Source of the DNA: Lytechinus pictus
Lineage: Eukaryota
Assembly: GCF_037042905.1 (NCBI RefSeq)
Contig: NC_087245.1
Span: forward strand, 28,584,001 to 28,648,000
DNA length: 64,000 nt
Direction: 5' to 3'
Shown: piece after piece, positions 54,101 to 64,000 of the stretch
Position numbering within the stretch: position 1 is the first letter of the stretch
Layout of the letters: each line of letters opens with the position of its first letter
Notes under the pieces: model-generated
What the model saw: the letters and a program-made list of their open reading frames with translations, nothing else
What the model was told of the DNA's origin: nothing
The model's database searches: none
Translations under genes and position numbers: made by a program

Positions 54101-57100
54101 TCATGTGTGTTTGAAAGAAAGTGACATGCTTTCCATTCTTTCATGAATACAGCATACATGTACACGTACATAGTTCGATTGACAAAATTTTTCATGTAGG
54201 CACACTTACCGATAATCTTGTCTTTTGTGGAGTTAATGTTTGAATTTTATTGTACCTGGTTGGGAAAAAAGGAAGAAGAAATGGAAGGAATGAATTACAC
54301 ATTGTCATAATTGACAATTTATAACATAAATCTAATGACATTGACAAGTTGATTTGAATAAAAAGAAAATATATTCATTACATCAAATAAAGTTTTGCTC
54401 AATGTGACAAAAGAGAGTATATGAAGAAGGGTGATACATTAAAATGAAGGTGACGATGACAACAACACTCTTTTCTTCTTAACTTCATATGAAATATGAG
54501 ATATTTCAAACCTTAATCCTATTGGCTCAAACTTGAAAAACATCCAAGTACATGTACCATTACTCTTATTGTAGCTTTTTCAAAAATGAGCTTAAATTAA
54601 AAAATTTCATAAATTTAAAAGCAAAAAAACCAAACAAACATGTAACATCATATGCTTTCTCAGCTCCGAATCCCCTGTTGTGTTGGGTGAAATTAATAGG
54701 CAAAACTAACATGAATTTCTAATTTACAGATCTATCTGATTCATGAAATAATCAGTGTTATCCCTGTGTGATTTTTCCGTTTATTCAATTCATCATAAGT
54801 TGCGAGTGGATACTTGATTTAGTAAAAAAAAAAATATTCTGGAGCTCTAGGGAATCATTTTTTGGCAATTGTGACTGGCAGGGAAAGGGGAATTGTCGTT
54901 GCAAGCTTGATAATCAATGAAATAAAGGTGAGCTGTGGATCAGTGGATTTTGATTTATTCATGTGAACTGAATGACAGTCAGGGGATTGAATCCCACCAT
55001 GGTATTAAACTGTTAATCCACTTGTTCAACAAGGTTACAACTTACAAGCAGAACCTACATTTAATTCTCAGATCGCCAAATAACTAAAAACTTAAACCCA
55101 CTTGATTAACTATCAATTAGGTCTAATGGCCATTTGGTCTAAAAACATCACTTGGCCTAGTACTAGTAGATGGTCTAATTTCCACTTAATATACTTTGCA
55201 TTGTGCAAAACAAACACTACCGGTACTTGTACTTGTAGTTCATTTAACCACACACTAAATGGACATTAGACTTGGTGTGTTTGCTGGTCACATTTACTGC
55301 AACATCTCATCAAAAGTGATCATACAGTATGTGGAAAATCTCTACTTACATGTACTATAGTTTCTGAATTACCGGTAATAACTTTGTGTTTGTGGATGCA
55401 TATGTGCTGCCCATGATTACATAAATTATTTAAGATATATATCCCGTAAGTGAAGAAAACACTTGTTCTCTTGCAATACTTAGAGCTTAAATGGTGAACC
55501 ATGTGTAAACTGTCTGTGTGCATGCATGGGCGGCAGGGATATTTGATTAGAACATTTTTCGTAGGTGATTTTCAGAGCAATGACATTTCTATATTGGAAA
55601 TATGAGTGTGGTAAGGATGGATCTTAACTTTTTCCAATTTCCTATCACATTAGGGATATTCATAAAAGAGCCACATAATCTTTATCAATGAGTTGTAGGC
55701 CTATACAGTACATTTCATACAATCTGATTCTATTGACTTTCCTAGTTTCCTTACAGTTGTTTAAACAAACTTTAAATAAATGTTTTACAAATTCAACTTT
55801 AAATATCAATTTTCATGCAATGGATATTAATAATTCAACATGGTTGTTTAGCTTTAAATGTCAAAAGCTTTGTTTACAAAAATATTTATAGAATTCCTGA
55901 TCAATTCAGATAAAGTAAAAAAACAAGTTGCATCTTACATGTAAGACTTTTTCTTTTTGCTGTAGAGTATATCCACACGAAGCAAGATCTTTGACAGTAT
56001 TATGATACACACAGCTCCACAAAATTCTAAATGAACTTGCTAAACTTGATAAAGTTTCAATAATTTACTTCATGTACAACCTGGGTGAAAAGGCCTGCTG
56101 CTCTGCAGTGATTAATTCTAATCCAAATCACGTTTAAAGGATAAGTCCATCCCAACAAGAAGTTGATTTGAATAGAGAAAATCCAACGAGCATGACAATG
56201 AAAATTTCATCAAAATCATAAATAGGAAAACTAAGGCATATTATAGTTTTGCTTAATTTCGTAAAAAAGAAATAGGCACACCCTGATCTGTACGCAAATT
56301 GATGAAAGGACGGATGACATCACTTGAGACTATTCATTTGTATTTTAATATATGAAATATTCAAATTTTCTCCTTATTGTCCTGTGAAACAAAGTTTCAT
56401 TCCTAACTGAACATGTGGATTTACCATTGTTTTAATATTATGGTTCAATCACTTTGAAATGATGAAATATTACAAACAATAAAAAAACAAAGAGATACAT
56501 GTAGTGAGGGACATCATCGACTCTCATTTGCATGTCAATTAGTTGTGTGTATATACATCCATGTACATAAATGTTTTGCGAAAAATAGACAAACCTTCTT
56601 ACATGTAACACCCGATTTCGATGAAATTCTCAGCGTTATACTTCCTTTACTTTGATTTCTCTGTCAACAAAAAGGTTGTCTAGAAGTCCAATCATAAATA
56701 TCAGATCTAGTAGATATGTTTTCTTGTCAAAACTGGAAATGAAATATTCTCTCACTCCCCCCCCCCCCCAAAAAAAAGGATTTAAGGTAAACACCATAAA
56801 ATCATTAAAACTTTAAGCATGTTTGTTGCAATGTCATTATGCCTTCATGAAATAAAGATTTATAGATCTAGGTAGACCTAGATCTACTCTTCTCGTCATT
56901 CTTTAAGATTAGATCATCTGTAGTATTCTAGATCTACACATACAGTATAGCTAACAGTAACACCTTAGATTTGCTCCAATCTAGATTCTAGACTAGAGTC
57001 TCTACACAAAAACAGCCTAACATGCCACTGCCATTGGACACTACACACAAGTTCTTTTTCATTATCAAACATAAACATACCGGTAACCATCATTTCTGGG

Positions 57101-59029
57101 GATTTATTTAACAATTTCTGACATTTTACTACATGTATAATCCCCAGTGAGCCAACGCAGTTCAGCGGAACAACCAAAATACAGAGACTGAAGCTTTTGG
57201 TCTAAATCAAACATTGCAATGATGAACTAAATCTACACGCTGGCCTAGCTTAGTCTTGAGGACTCCATGATGATGTCTTTTTTAAATACTTTGACATATA
57301 TATACTTCTTCATCATTGGAGTCTTGAACCGCTTTTCCCTAGGAAATCCATCTTTTAATATAAAAATCATGTAAATTGTTGTGATTTTATTAATCTCTAC
57401 ACCTTCCTATGCCTAATGCGTAGGAAAGTTTAATAAAATGGCCAATTAAAATGTTCAAGAATGAAGGTTTCTTACCAGACCGATGTCGTGTAGATCCCTC
57501 GATCCAAATGTACACAACGCAAATACAATAGGGTCGACCCTTGAACCGCTTGTGTATGACGTACATCCGGTTAGCGATGCCATTTTGAAGAACAATTTAT
57601 AGATAAAAATTATTATTTCACAAATACTAAATTTATTACGTGATTATAAATAATTAGTATAATACTGCTAATTATTCATAATTACGTAATAAATTTTAGT
57701 ATTCAAAACGGCATCGCTAGTAACCGGATGTACATGTACGTCATACATAAGCGGTTCAAGGGTCGACCCTATTGTATTTGCGTTGTGTACATTTGGATCG
57801 AGGGATCTACACGACATCGGTCTGGTAAGAAACTTCATTTTTGAACATTTTAATTGACAATTTTTTTAAACCTTCCTACGCATTAGGCGTAGGAAGGTGT
57901 AGAGATTAATAAAATCACAACAATTTACATGATTTTTATATTAAAAGATGGATTTCCTAGGGAAATTCATCTTTGTTTACATGTGTCTCTTAAACACATA
58001 CCGTAAGGGTACTAGTATTCAACCCGTTTGGAGAGTTTCCTCAAATATATAGAAATATAGAATTTACCTGAATTTCAGACCCGTCTTATTTCCAAGAGCA
58101 AATGCTGGTTATTCTTTTTCCGTTATTTTTTTCTTCAACCAGTTGACTGTGTGCGCGGGCGATCGAATTATACGGCGACGGATTTTAGTACTAGTATTCA
58201 ACCCGTCGGTACTAGTATTCAACCTAGCGATGAAAGATAGCCCTGTCTCTCTATCTGCCCTTGTCCCATCCGACTAAGGACTAGACCATTTGAGATGAGA
58301 CCAAACAGGGAATTAATCAAGGCCAGAGACTTACATAGATCTAGATCTAATTTAGCAATCTAAACCCTTTTGAGATTTGCTATCAATCCTCACTAGGTTG
58401 AATACTAGTACCATTCAGTGCAAAAGGCCATCGCCGCATAATTCGACCCTCCGCGAATACAGTCGACAGATTGACAAAGAAAATATCGACAACAGATTAC
58501 CCTGGAAATAACAAAGGTGTGAAATTAAGATAAATTCCCCATTTCTAAATACTTTGGGGAATATGTCAAAATCTTTGAATTATGCCGGGTTGAATACTAG
58601 TACCCATACGGTATATGAAAGGCGGTTCAAGACTCCAATGATGAAGAAGTATATGTCAAACTCAAAGTATTTTAAAAAGACATAGGGCCTAGACATCATC
58701 ATGGAGTCCTCAAGACTAGGCCTAAAGTTACATGTAGCTACTTACTGATGTCTCTTGAATCCTTCACTGCCAGCTGCAACATAGAAATGGTTATTTTCAA
58801 TGCCTCCCAAATCTGAAACTGCAGTCCTGCCAGATGGTGTATATACCCGTCGTACAACACCACCAGTTTTTGTCTTCACTCTTAATGTGACAAGTTCAAT
58901 AAAAGCGTCCCAGTTTTTAACTTGTCGTGGATTGACGACAACCTTTTTACACTGAAAGTTTGTATCTCCATTCCGATAAACAAAAATACTTTTGGCCGGC
59001 GTTGATTGAAGAGTTGTTCCGGATGCCAT
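30164..59029 (-). CDS. DCDC2: Doublecortin domain-containing protein 2-like (two DCX domains plus long disordered C-terminus), 10 coding exons, 971 aa
   Basis: Exons 59029-58746, 54255-54210, 45510-45416, 44666-44535, 42921-42781, 41889-41793, 40324-40132, 36703-36563, 36034-35772 and 31687-30164 all have GT-AG boundaries and join in frame (2916 nt). DCX1 reads AKSIFVYRNGD...YVAAGSEGFK and DCX2 reads IYVFRNGD...YVAAGREAFKKVPY. The DCDC2-like segment SVFKA...GAAEVQE...IDLPIDQVAAEEVEEE is present. Extra small alternative exons are possible. Confidence 0.9.
38865..39110 (+). mobile_element. L2-like LINE 3' end fragment
   Basis: Encodes PKVSKTWGERSFVHSSSKLWNSLP, followed by an AAGCGCCTTGAG...GGTGCAATATAAGT stem and an (ATT)n tail. 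Confidence 0.75.
39123..39281. mobile_element. MITE family E copy
   Basis: GGCCCGTTTCACGAAG...TACCATGGTAAC...GCAGCCAATCAAAAT...CTTTATGAAATGGGTC. Confidence 0.7.
39858..40012. repeat. (TAA/CAA)n microsatellite
   Basis: Directly visible. Confidence 0.9.
40603..41600 (+). mobile_element. Helentron-associated non-autonomous element (HINE / DINE-1 / pearl-type) with internal tandem array
   Basis: Subterminal inverted repeats GTCTCACCTGCAT (40625) / ATGCAGGTGAGAC (about 41586). The tandem units have periods of 163, 162, 163 and 192 bp plus a partial unit. A (GCC/GTC)n microsatellite lies at 41488-41553, followed by a 3' hairpin; both flanks are A-rich. Confidence 0.85.
42400..42705. repeat. (TAA/TAC/TGA)n microsatellite
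   Basis: Directly visible. Confidence 0.9.
44742..44862. repeat. (TCCA/TCTA/TTCA)n tetranucleotide repeat
   Basis: Directly visible. Confidence 0.85.
44943..45390. mobile_element. MITE family B (G-tract termini, related in architecture to family A), full copy
   Basis: TIRs (G)n-GGCAGTCAAATGTATTGCTGTACACATGCGTGACC / GGTCACGCATGTGTACAGCAATATATTTGACTG(C)nAGG; flanks AGAGATAT / AAAGATAT (7/8 TSD match). Confidence 0.85.
49327..49878. mobile_element. MITE family A copy 3
   Basis: Same TIRs and interior; 8-bp TSD CTCTCTTC at 49319-49326 and 49879-49886. Confidence 0.9.
50664..50825. mobile_element. MITE family E copy
   Basis: TACCATAGTAAC...CAGCCAATCAC...CTTTATGAAACAGGCCCC. Confidence 0.6.
56138..56690. 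mobile_element. TTAA-flanked MITE copy 2 (diverged; right end approximate)
   Basis: TTAA-AGGATAAGTCCATCCCAACAAGAAGTTGATTTGAATA..., homologous to 28410-28937. Confidence 0.65.
57085..57204 (-). repeat. Dispersed repeat D, inverted copy
   Basis: Reverse complement of 6099-6223 with small indels. Confidence 0.8.
57251..58718. mobile_element. Large foldback element in DCDC2 intron 1
   Basis: Outer arms 57251-57334 and 58618-58718 (TAGTCTTGAGGACTCCATGATGATG / CATCATCATGGAGTCCTCAAGACTA); inner near-perfect palindrome 57335-57964 centred near 57660. Confidence 0.9.
58001..58611. mobile_element. TA-flanked MITE inserted in the right arm of the foldback
   Basis: TIRs CCGTAAGGGTACTAGTATTCAACCCG / CGGGTTGAATACTAGTACCCATACGG with TA on both sides, and internal repeats of GTACTAGTATTCAACC. 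Confidence 0.85.
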
Positions 59030-59460
59030 GGTGAAACAAAAGTCTGATCGACCAATAATTTGGCCGATCGGAAATTGTTAAAGAAGTTGTCCTAAACGTA
59101 TGCCGCCGACTCACATGCAGCTGCAATCACCACCTTACTACGGCGAGGCTCTGATCGATCCAGCGGCAATCAATGAACTACGCTCCCCGGGAGTGCAGGG
59201 TCTCATAACAGCTCACTCTCGCTACTCTAGATTCCGAAGACGGGAACACCTCCGCAAACATTGTTTAACTTTCAGAGAACATCTTGACACTTGATTTCAA
59301 CTTGCTGCTTCGAAACTGATTAGTCTAAACTTGTTTTTCCATAGAAGTTACAGCGTAAATAGTATGTTTGTACTTTCTTGTTTGCCACAAATTTCAGAAG
59401 TTTGTTTAATGAAGATGATACCGATTTTTTGCAGTGCATGCAGTGCATGATGGGACGACT

Positions 59461-59505
59461 TGTTTACAAAGCGTGTGTGTCAACATCTATGTTGTCCATA
59501 GTTAC
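59461..59505. promoter_or_regulatory. Forkhead motif and RFX X-box-like motif upstream of the DCDC2-like gene
   Basis: TGTTTAC at 59461-59467 and GTTGTCCATAGTTAC at 59491-59505, about 460 nt upstream of the ATG. Confidence 0.5.
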
Positions 59506-59897
59506 CGCATATAGAGCTTGCGGAAGATTCTTCCAGCTTCGTACAATTTCATTCAACCTTGCAACAATAGGGTTTTATTAGGAATTGCATTGTCTTACAA
59601 GTTCATTTTTGTTTGTCTTCTCGTTGAAGGGCAGAAATCATGCAATGATTTTACTCATTCGTAGGTTTAAATTTAGCTCCCCTCCCCTTGGCGCTCTAAA
59701 TAATTGCATTATTTGGCGAGTGCATGATGCCTAAAGTTTTGTCCAATTTCATATTTATAAACCCTTTTTTTCTTAAACAAATGCCGCTAAAACGAGTTTG
59801 AAATATCATAAATATCAACTGAAATAACATCAAAACATCAGCAGCAACGATTCAAAGGACAAGTTATTATGATAACCATCTCATCAAGTTTATGGAT

Positions 59898-60022
59898 ATT
59901 ATGATAATAATAATAATGATGATGATGATGATGATAATAATAATAATAAATAATAATATTAGTAGTGTTAATAATTATCATTATTATTATTATCATTGAA
60001 ATAATAACATCAATAATAATAA
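59898..60022. repeat. (TAA/TGA)n microsatellite
   Basis: Directly visible. Confidence 0.85.
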
Positions 60023-61009
60023 AAAGATATTTTAAAGATGATGAACAAAGGACTCTTAAGCGGCCAATTATTTACTTATTCTACTTATTAACTACAAATT
60101 GATGGCAGTCAGAAGCACTACAAAAAGGAGAAGGGGACTTAAAGCACCATCACAGGAGTGCAATTAGGAGGAAGAAATAAAAAGATAGAATCAGACTAAG
60201 AGAAAGAAATCAAGAAAGGGGAAAGAAGAATTAAGAAGGCGTGAAAGCGTTTTCAAAATATTCGATAAAAGTTGCCTATAAAAGAAAACTGTGTAATCGA
60301 ACTGCAAAATGAATGTCATGCACATGCGATATGAAAGCTAAAAAAGCGAGAGATTTTACATTATACCCAGTTGTTGTGTGTCCGGACAGGTTGTGTGTCC
60401 GGAGAATCAATTTTAGAAAGTCATTTGGAAAAAAATGAAAGCGAAGTTTCATAAATTTTTAGTACAAAATGTTAGGAAATAAAATAAAAGATGATTACAA
60501 GTATTGAATTCATATTTTTAGTGTAATCCAAAGACAAAGAAGAAGGCTTCAAAAATATAAAGTGTCCGGACACCCGACCCCCCATCCTACATTACAGTGG
60601 ATACACATTTTGATCGACCATTGTTTTGTTTTGGTTTGTTGTTGTTCTTAAAAGTTCGTTCAACCCTGTAAAACAAGCGCGTCGAGGCAAGCGCGTAATA
60701 GCTCCAGACCAAAGACCTTATAATATATTACTAGACCGAAAGCTGCGTGCGCGTTCAGCACAAAACAAATGAGATTAGGCTCCGCCTACCGCGATCATTT
60801 GAAGACAAAAATAAGCCCTCATTGACATTCATGAGCATGAAGATATTCATAATCCGGCCTTTTCATTGGCTAAGAGCGTCATTAATACGCGATTTCCCCG
60901 ATTCTTTGTCATCGATACTAGTGGTATCGTGTTACAGAAATAATTATTCATTTGACCTCATTACGTCATCTAATTTATTCATTCTGAAACTTTTCTTTCC
61001 ACACACAAA

Positions 61010-61029
61010 ATGGACCTACGAACACTCCG
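61010..61029 (+). CDS. Possible first coding micro-exon (MDLRTL..) of a divergently oriented gene continuing beyond the window
   Basis: ACAAAATGG start context followed after 20 nt by a consensus CG|GTGAGT donor. It lies downstream of a CpG-rich patch (60670-60970) with ATTGG (CCAAT) and TTACGTCA motifs. No downstream exon was identified. Confidence 0.35.
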
Positions 61030-62496
61030 GTGAGTACGTATAAATTGATATAACCACATTAATTCAGTGGACTATTTACACATTTCACACTGTATTTTGT
61101 GGTCTTAGGTTATTTCTTTAACAAATTAGAGAGTTTGCTATCATTCTTCTGTTAAAGGAAAGCAGAATTTGGTCTTTGAAATTGAAGTTAGATTGTCATC
61201 GTCGCCCAGTGCAGCCTGTATGTTGCTTGTAGTGTATTTTGTACGGGCTCCTAGCCGGCTGGGAATCGAGAGATAATCGGGCTGGTTTGGTTCACCTCAA
61301 ACAAGGACCAACCCACGATTGATTAAAACAAGAAGAATGAGGCTTCTTTTTGTACACTGTAACGTTAGATCTACAGGGAGATCTGCATCTATCTTCAGTA
61401 GATCGAGACTCAGTCAGGAATAAACTGTGAAGCGGAGTGTGGATGAAAATACGCCTGTCATTGTGTCACTGTCAGGCCTCACTTTGTTTCAGATATCAAA
61501 TTTATTTTGCATAACTTCAGGCTTCTGCATTTAGCCCCCACCATTTTAACTCTTATTGTTAATGTTATTCATAAATATATAGACTCGGTCTTAGAAATAA
61601 CATGCTGCTCTGCATGTTTGTCTTATTATCAATACATCTATGACCTAAATCTTCTTAATCCTAGGCCCTACTTACTTTATACTTAGATCTAGGCTACCGT
61701 ACCGTACTTTACTTTTATTTATTCATTGATGCTATCAAGAGCTAGGCCTACCTAAATAAAATCTAGGCCTAGTCTAACTTATACTTTCCCAACCCTCGAT
61801 ACTTACCCCCAGGGCTTCTGATCTAGGACTAGGTCTGTAATTTAGGCCTAGATCTAGGTCTGGGCCTAAACGACTCCATTTACATGTACGAGTATGACTG
61901 TCAGTGGACCAAGGAGTCGGACTAGATCTAGATCTACTCTCGGTCAATAATGGCAATGAAGTCTTAGCCAGGAATAAAAGTCAAAGTCAGACATCAAAAA
62001 TTTCTAAACCGATATAGGGTTTAGAACCGAAGCTTTACTTTCTTGGTCTAGATAGATCGAGAGTCCATCGTTAGTCTAGATCTATGACCTAATTTAGATA
62101 CATGAACGAGACTCAATGCTGTGCGACAGCATTGAGTCTCATTGGACTAGATCTATACTTTCTTACAAATAGATCTAGACCTAGTGCATGAGATTATGAA
62201 ATTATGTTAAAATCTAATGAAATAAGATTCGGAAATAAAAAGATCCAGATTTTTTTTTTTTTTGGGGGGGGGGCAGACGTACATGTAAAAAAATTTAGAG
62301 AAACCTAAAATTCAGAAAGCGAGGGCCAGAAGCGACCAATATTACCTAGGGCCGTTAAATGCATTTCCTAAAGTAAAATTGAAGGATGTCATTAGGAGTG
62401 GGCTATACATGGGTCAAATATACTTTTTTTGTAATTTCAATATGACAACAGTTTTTTTTTATTCCTTGTAATGTATCTCAACATGAAATGACAATA

Positions 62497-64000
62497 TTTT
62501 TTGTCTCGGGTCCGAGAAAAAAGTGTGCCGGGCCAAAATCCAAAATGGCCGCCAAAACCCCCCAAAATCACAGTTTTGGCCACAACTTTTTTATTTGGTC
62601 GTCAATTTCTCTGGTTTTGGTGTCTATTCATATGTTTTGGGGGGCAGGCAATTTGTTTTTTCTATAATTAGTACTTTTAAACCATTATTTGTTGAGTTAA
62701 AAGGTAATTATACCAAAATTTTCCCATTTTTGTAGCCCTTTTTCAGCCGAAAAGTAGGTTTTATCATCCTGGGGTTCTGGGATATTAAATGGTACGAGGT
62801 CGACAATAGCAAATCGCTTCATATAGCTATATTGCTTTTATTCCTCCACTTTGGGTTTTACGGATATTTGTGAAATATATCTTAGTAAATAAAAAAATGT
62901 CAATTATCCATTGGGGCTATACATATGTACAATGTACTGTACATACATATTGCACTGCATAAATGCATTGGCCACCATGACAGATAACAAGGCTTGTATA
63001 AACTATAGTGTCATAGCAATGAGCTCTCAGGTTTAGAATTAGATGCCTCAGAAATTGAAGATATGTTTTGTCTCAGAAATTGAGGACATGTTTTGTCAAA
63101 TATGCTAATTCAGGGGGCGGAGAGAGGTAATTTACACTGTAGCTATTCTGGGCCCCGTTGCATAAAAATTTACCATTATGTTAACTTAACTTAATGGTAA
63201 CTTGCATGCAGTCCTTTATTCTGATTGGCTGTTGATCAGCGTTACCATGATACTAGTAGTTACCTGACCCCATAAACATAGGCCAGTTAGACACTAGAAC
63301 CAGGTTTTTAAAAAGCCTCCAAATGAAGAAGATATGGCTAAAAATGTGATGTACGTATATATACATGTATGTGATATTTACATGTCAGTGTAATTTACGT
63401 TGCTGGTTTCACCTTGTACATCAGCTGAGAAGGAATCAAATTCACAATCTAATTCTAAACCTTTGAAGCTCATTTCTATGACACTATAGTTTATATACAG
63501 GCCTTGTCATATGCCATGGTGGTCAATGCATGGATATATGCAGTGTAGTATGTACAGTGCATTGTACACCGTATAGCCCCTATGGATAAATGACATTTTC
63601 TTTTATTTGATAAGATATATTTCACAAATATCCGTAAAACCCAAAGTGGAGGAATAAAAGCAATATAGCTACATGAAGCTGCTTGCTATTGTTGACCTCG
63701 TACCATCTAATATCCCAGAACCCCAGGATGATAAAACCCACTTTTTTACTGAAAAAAGGCTACAAAAATGGGAAAATTTAGGTATAATTACCTTTTAACT
63801 CTACAAATAATGGTTTAAAAGTACTAATTATAGGAAAAACAAATTGCCTGCCCCCCAAAACATATGAATAGACACCAAAACCAGAGAAAATGACCACCAA
63901 ATAAAAAAGTTGTGGCCAAAAATGTGATTTTGGGGGGGGGTTTTGGCGGCCATTTTGGATTTTGGCCCGGCACACTTTTTTCTCGGACCCGAGACAAAAA
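62497..64000. mobile_element. Foldback element with long (>500 bp) inverted arms, running off the window end
   Basis: 62497 to about 63045 is the reverse complement of about 63445-64000 at high identity. The mirror ORFs 62523-62735 (+) and 63778-63975 (-) show this. True termini lie outside the matched region. Confidence 0.9.

Noticed and set aside
62523..63975. Two near-identical ORFs (MCRAKIQNGRQNPP...) on opposite strands
   Set aside because: Mirror images from the arms of a foldback element, with non-ATG starts and no recognisable domain.

Overview
AT-rich, intron-rich animal genomic DNA. The repeat types suggest a marine invertebrate, probably a sea urchin (inference). Three complete spliced protein-coding genes can be rebuilt on the minus strand from GT-AG sites and exon phases: a 3-exon flavodoxin-like NAD(P)H-dependent FMN/quinone reductase (3275-5950, 198 aa), the 4-exon mitochondrial ATP synthase inhibitor IF1 (11489-18402, 110 aa) and a 10-exon DCDC2-like tandem doublecortin-domain gene (30164-59029, 971 aa) with a long Pro/Ser/Gln repeat tail. 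There is also a probable spliced non-coding transcript (about 19700-22400, minus) and a possible first exon of a divergent gene near 61010 (+). Introns and intergenic DNA are packed with non-autonomous DNA transposons (8-bp-TSD and TA-TSD MITEs, a four-level nest, large foldbacks, a Helentron-associated element), L2-like LINE ends and microsatellites. The most notable signal is the set of palindromic TA-NNNN-TA octamers (TACATGTA, TAGATCTA, TAGGCCTA, TACCGGTA). Pairwise comparison of repeat copies shows TACATGTA and TACCGGTA to be insertions at TA sites, consistent with transposon excision footprints, and TAGATCTA/TAGGCCTA appear to cluster near gene starts. No prokaryote-type system (CRISPR, operon, rRNA/tRNA) is seen. 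Most ORFs in the supplied track are spurious.
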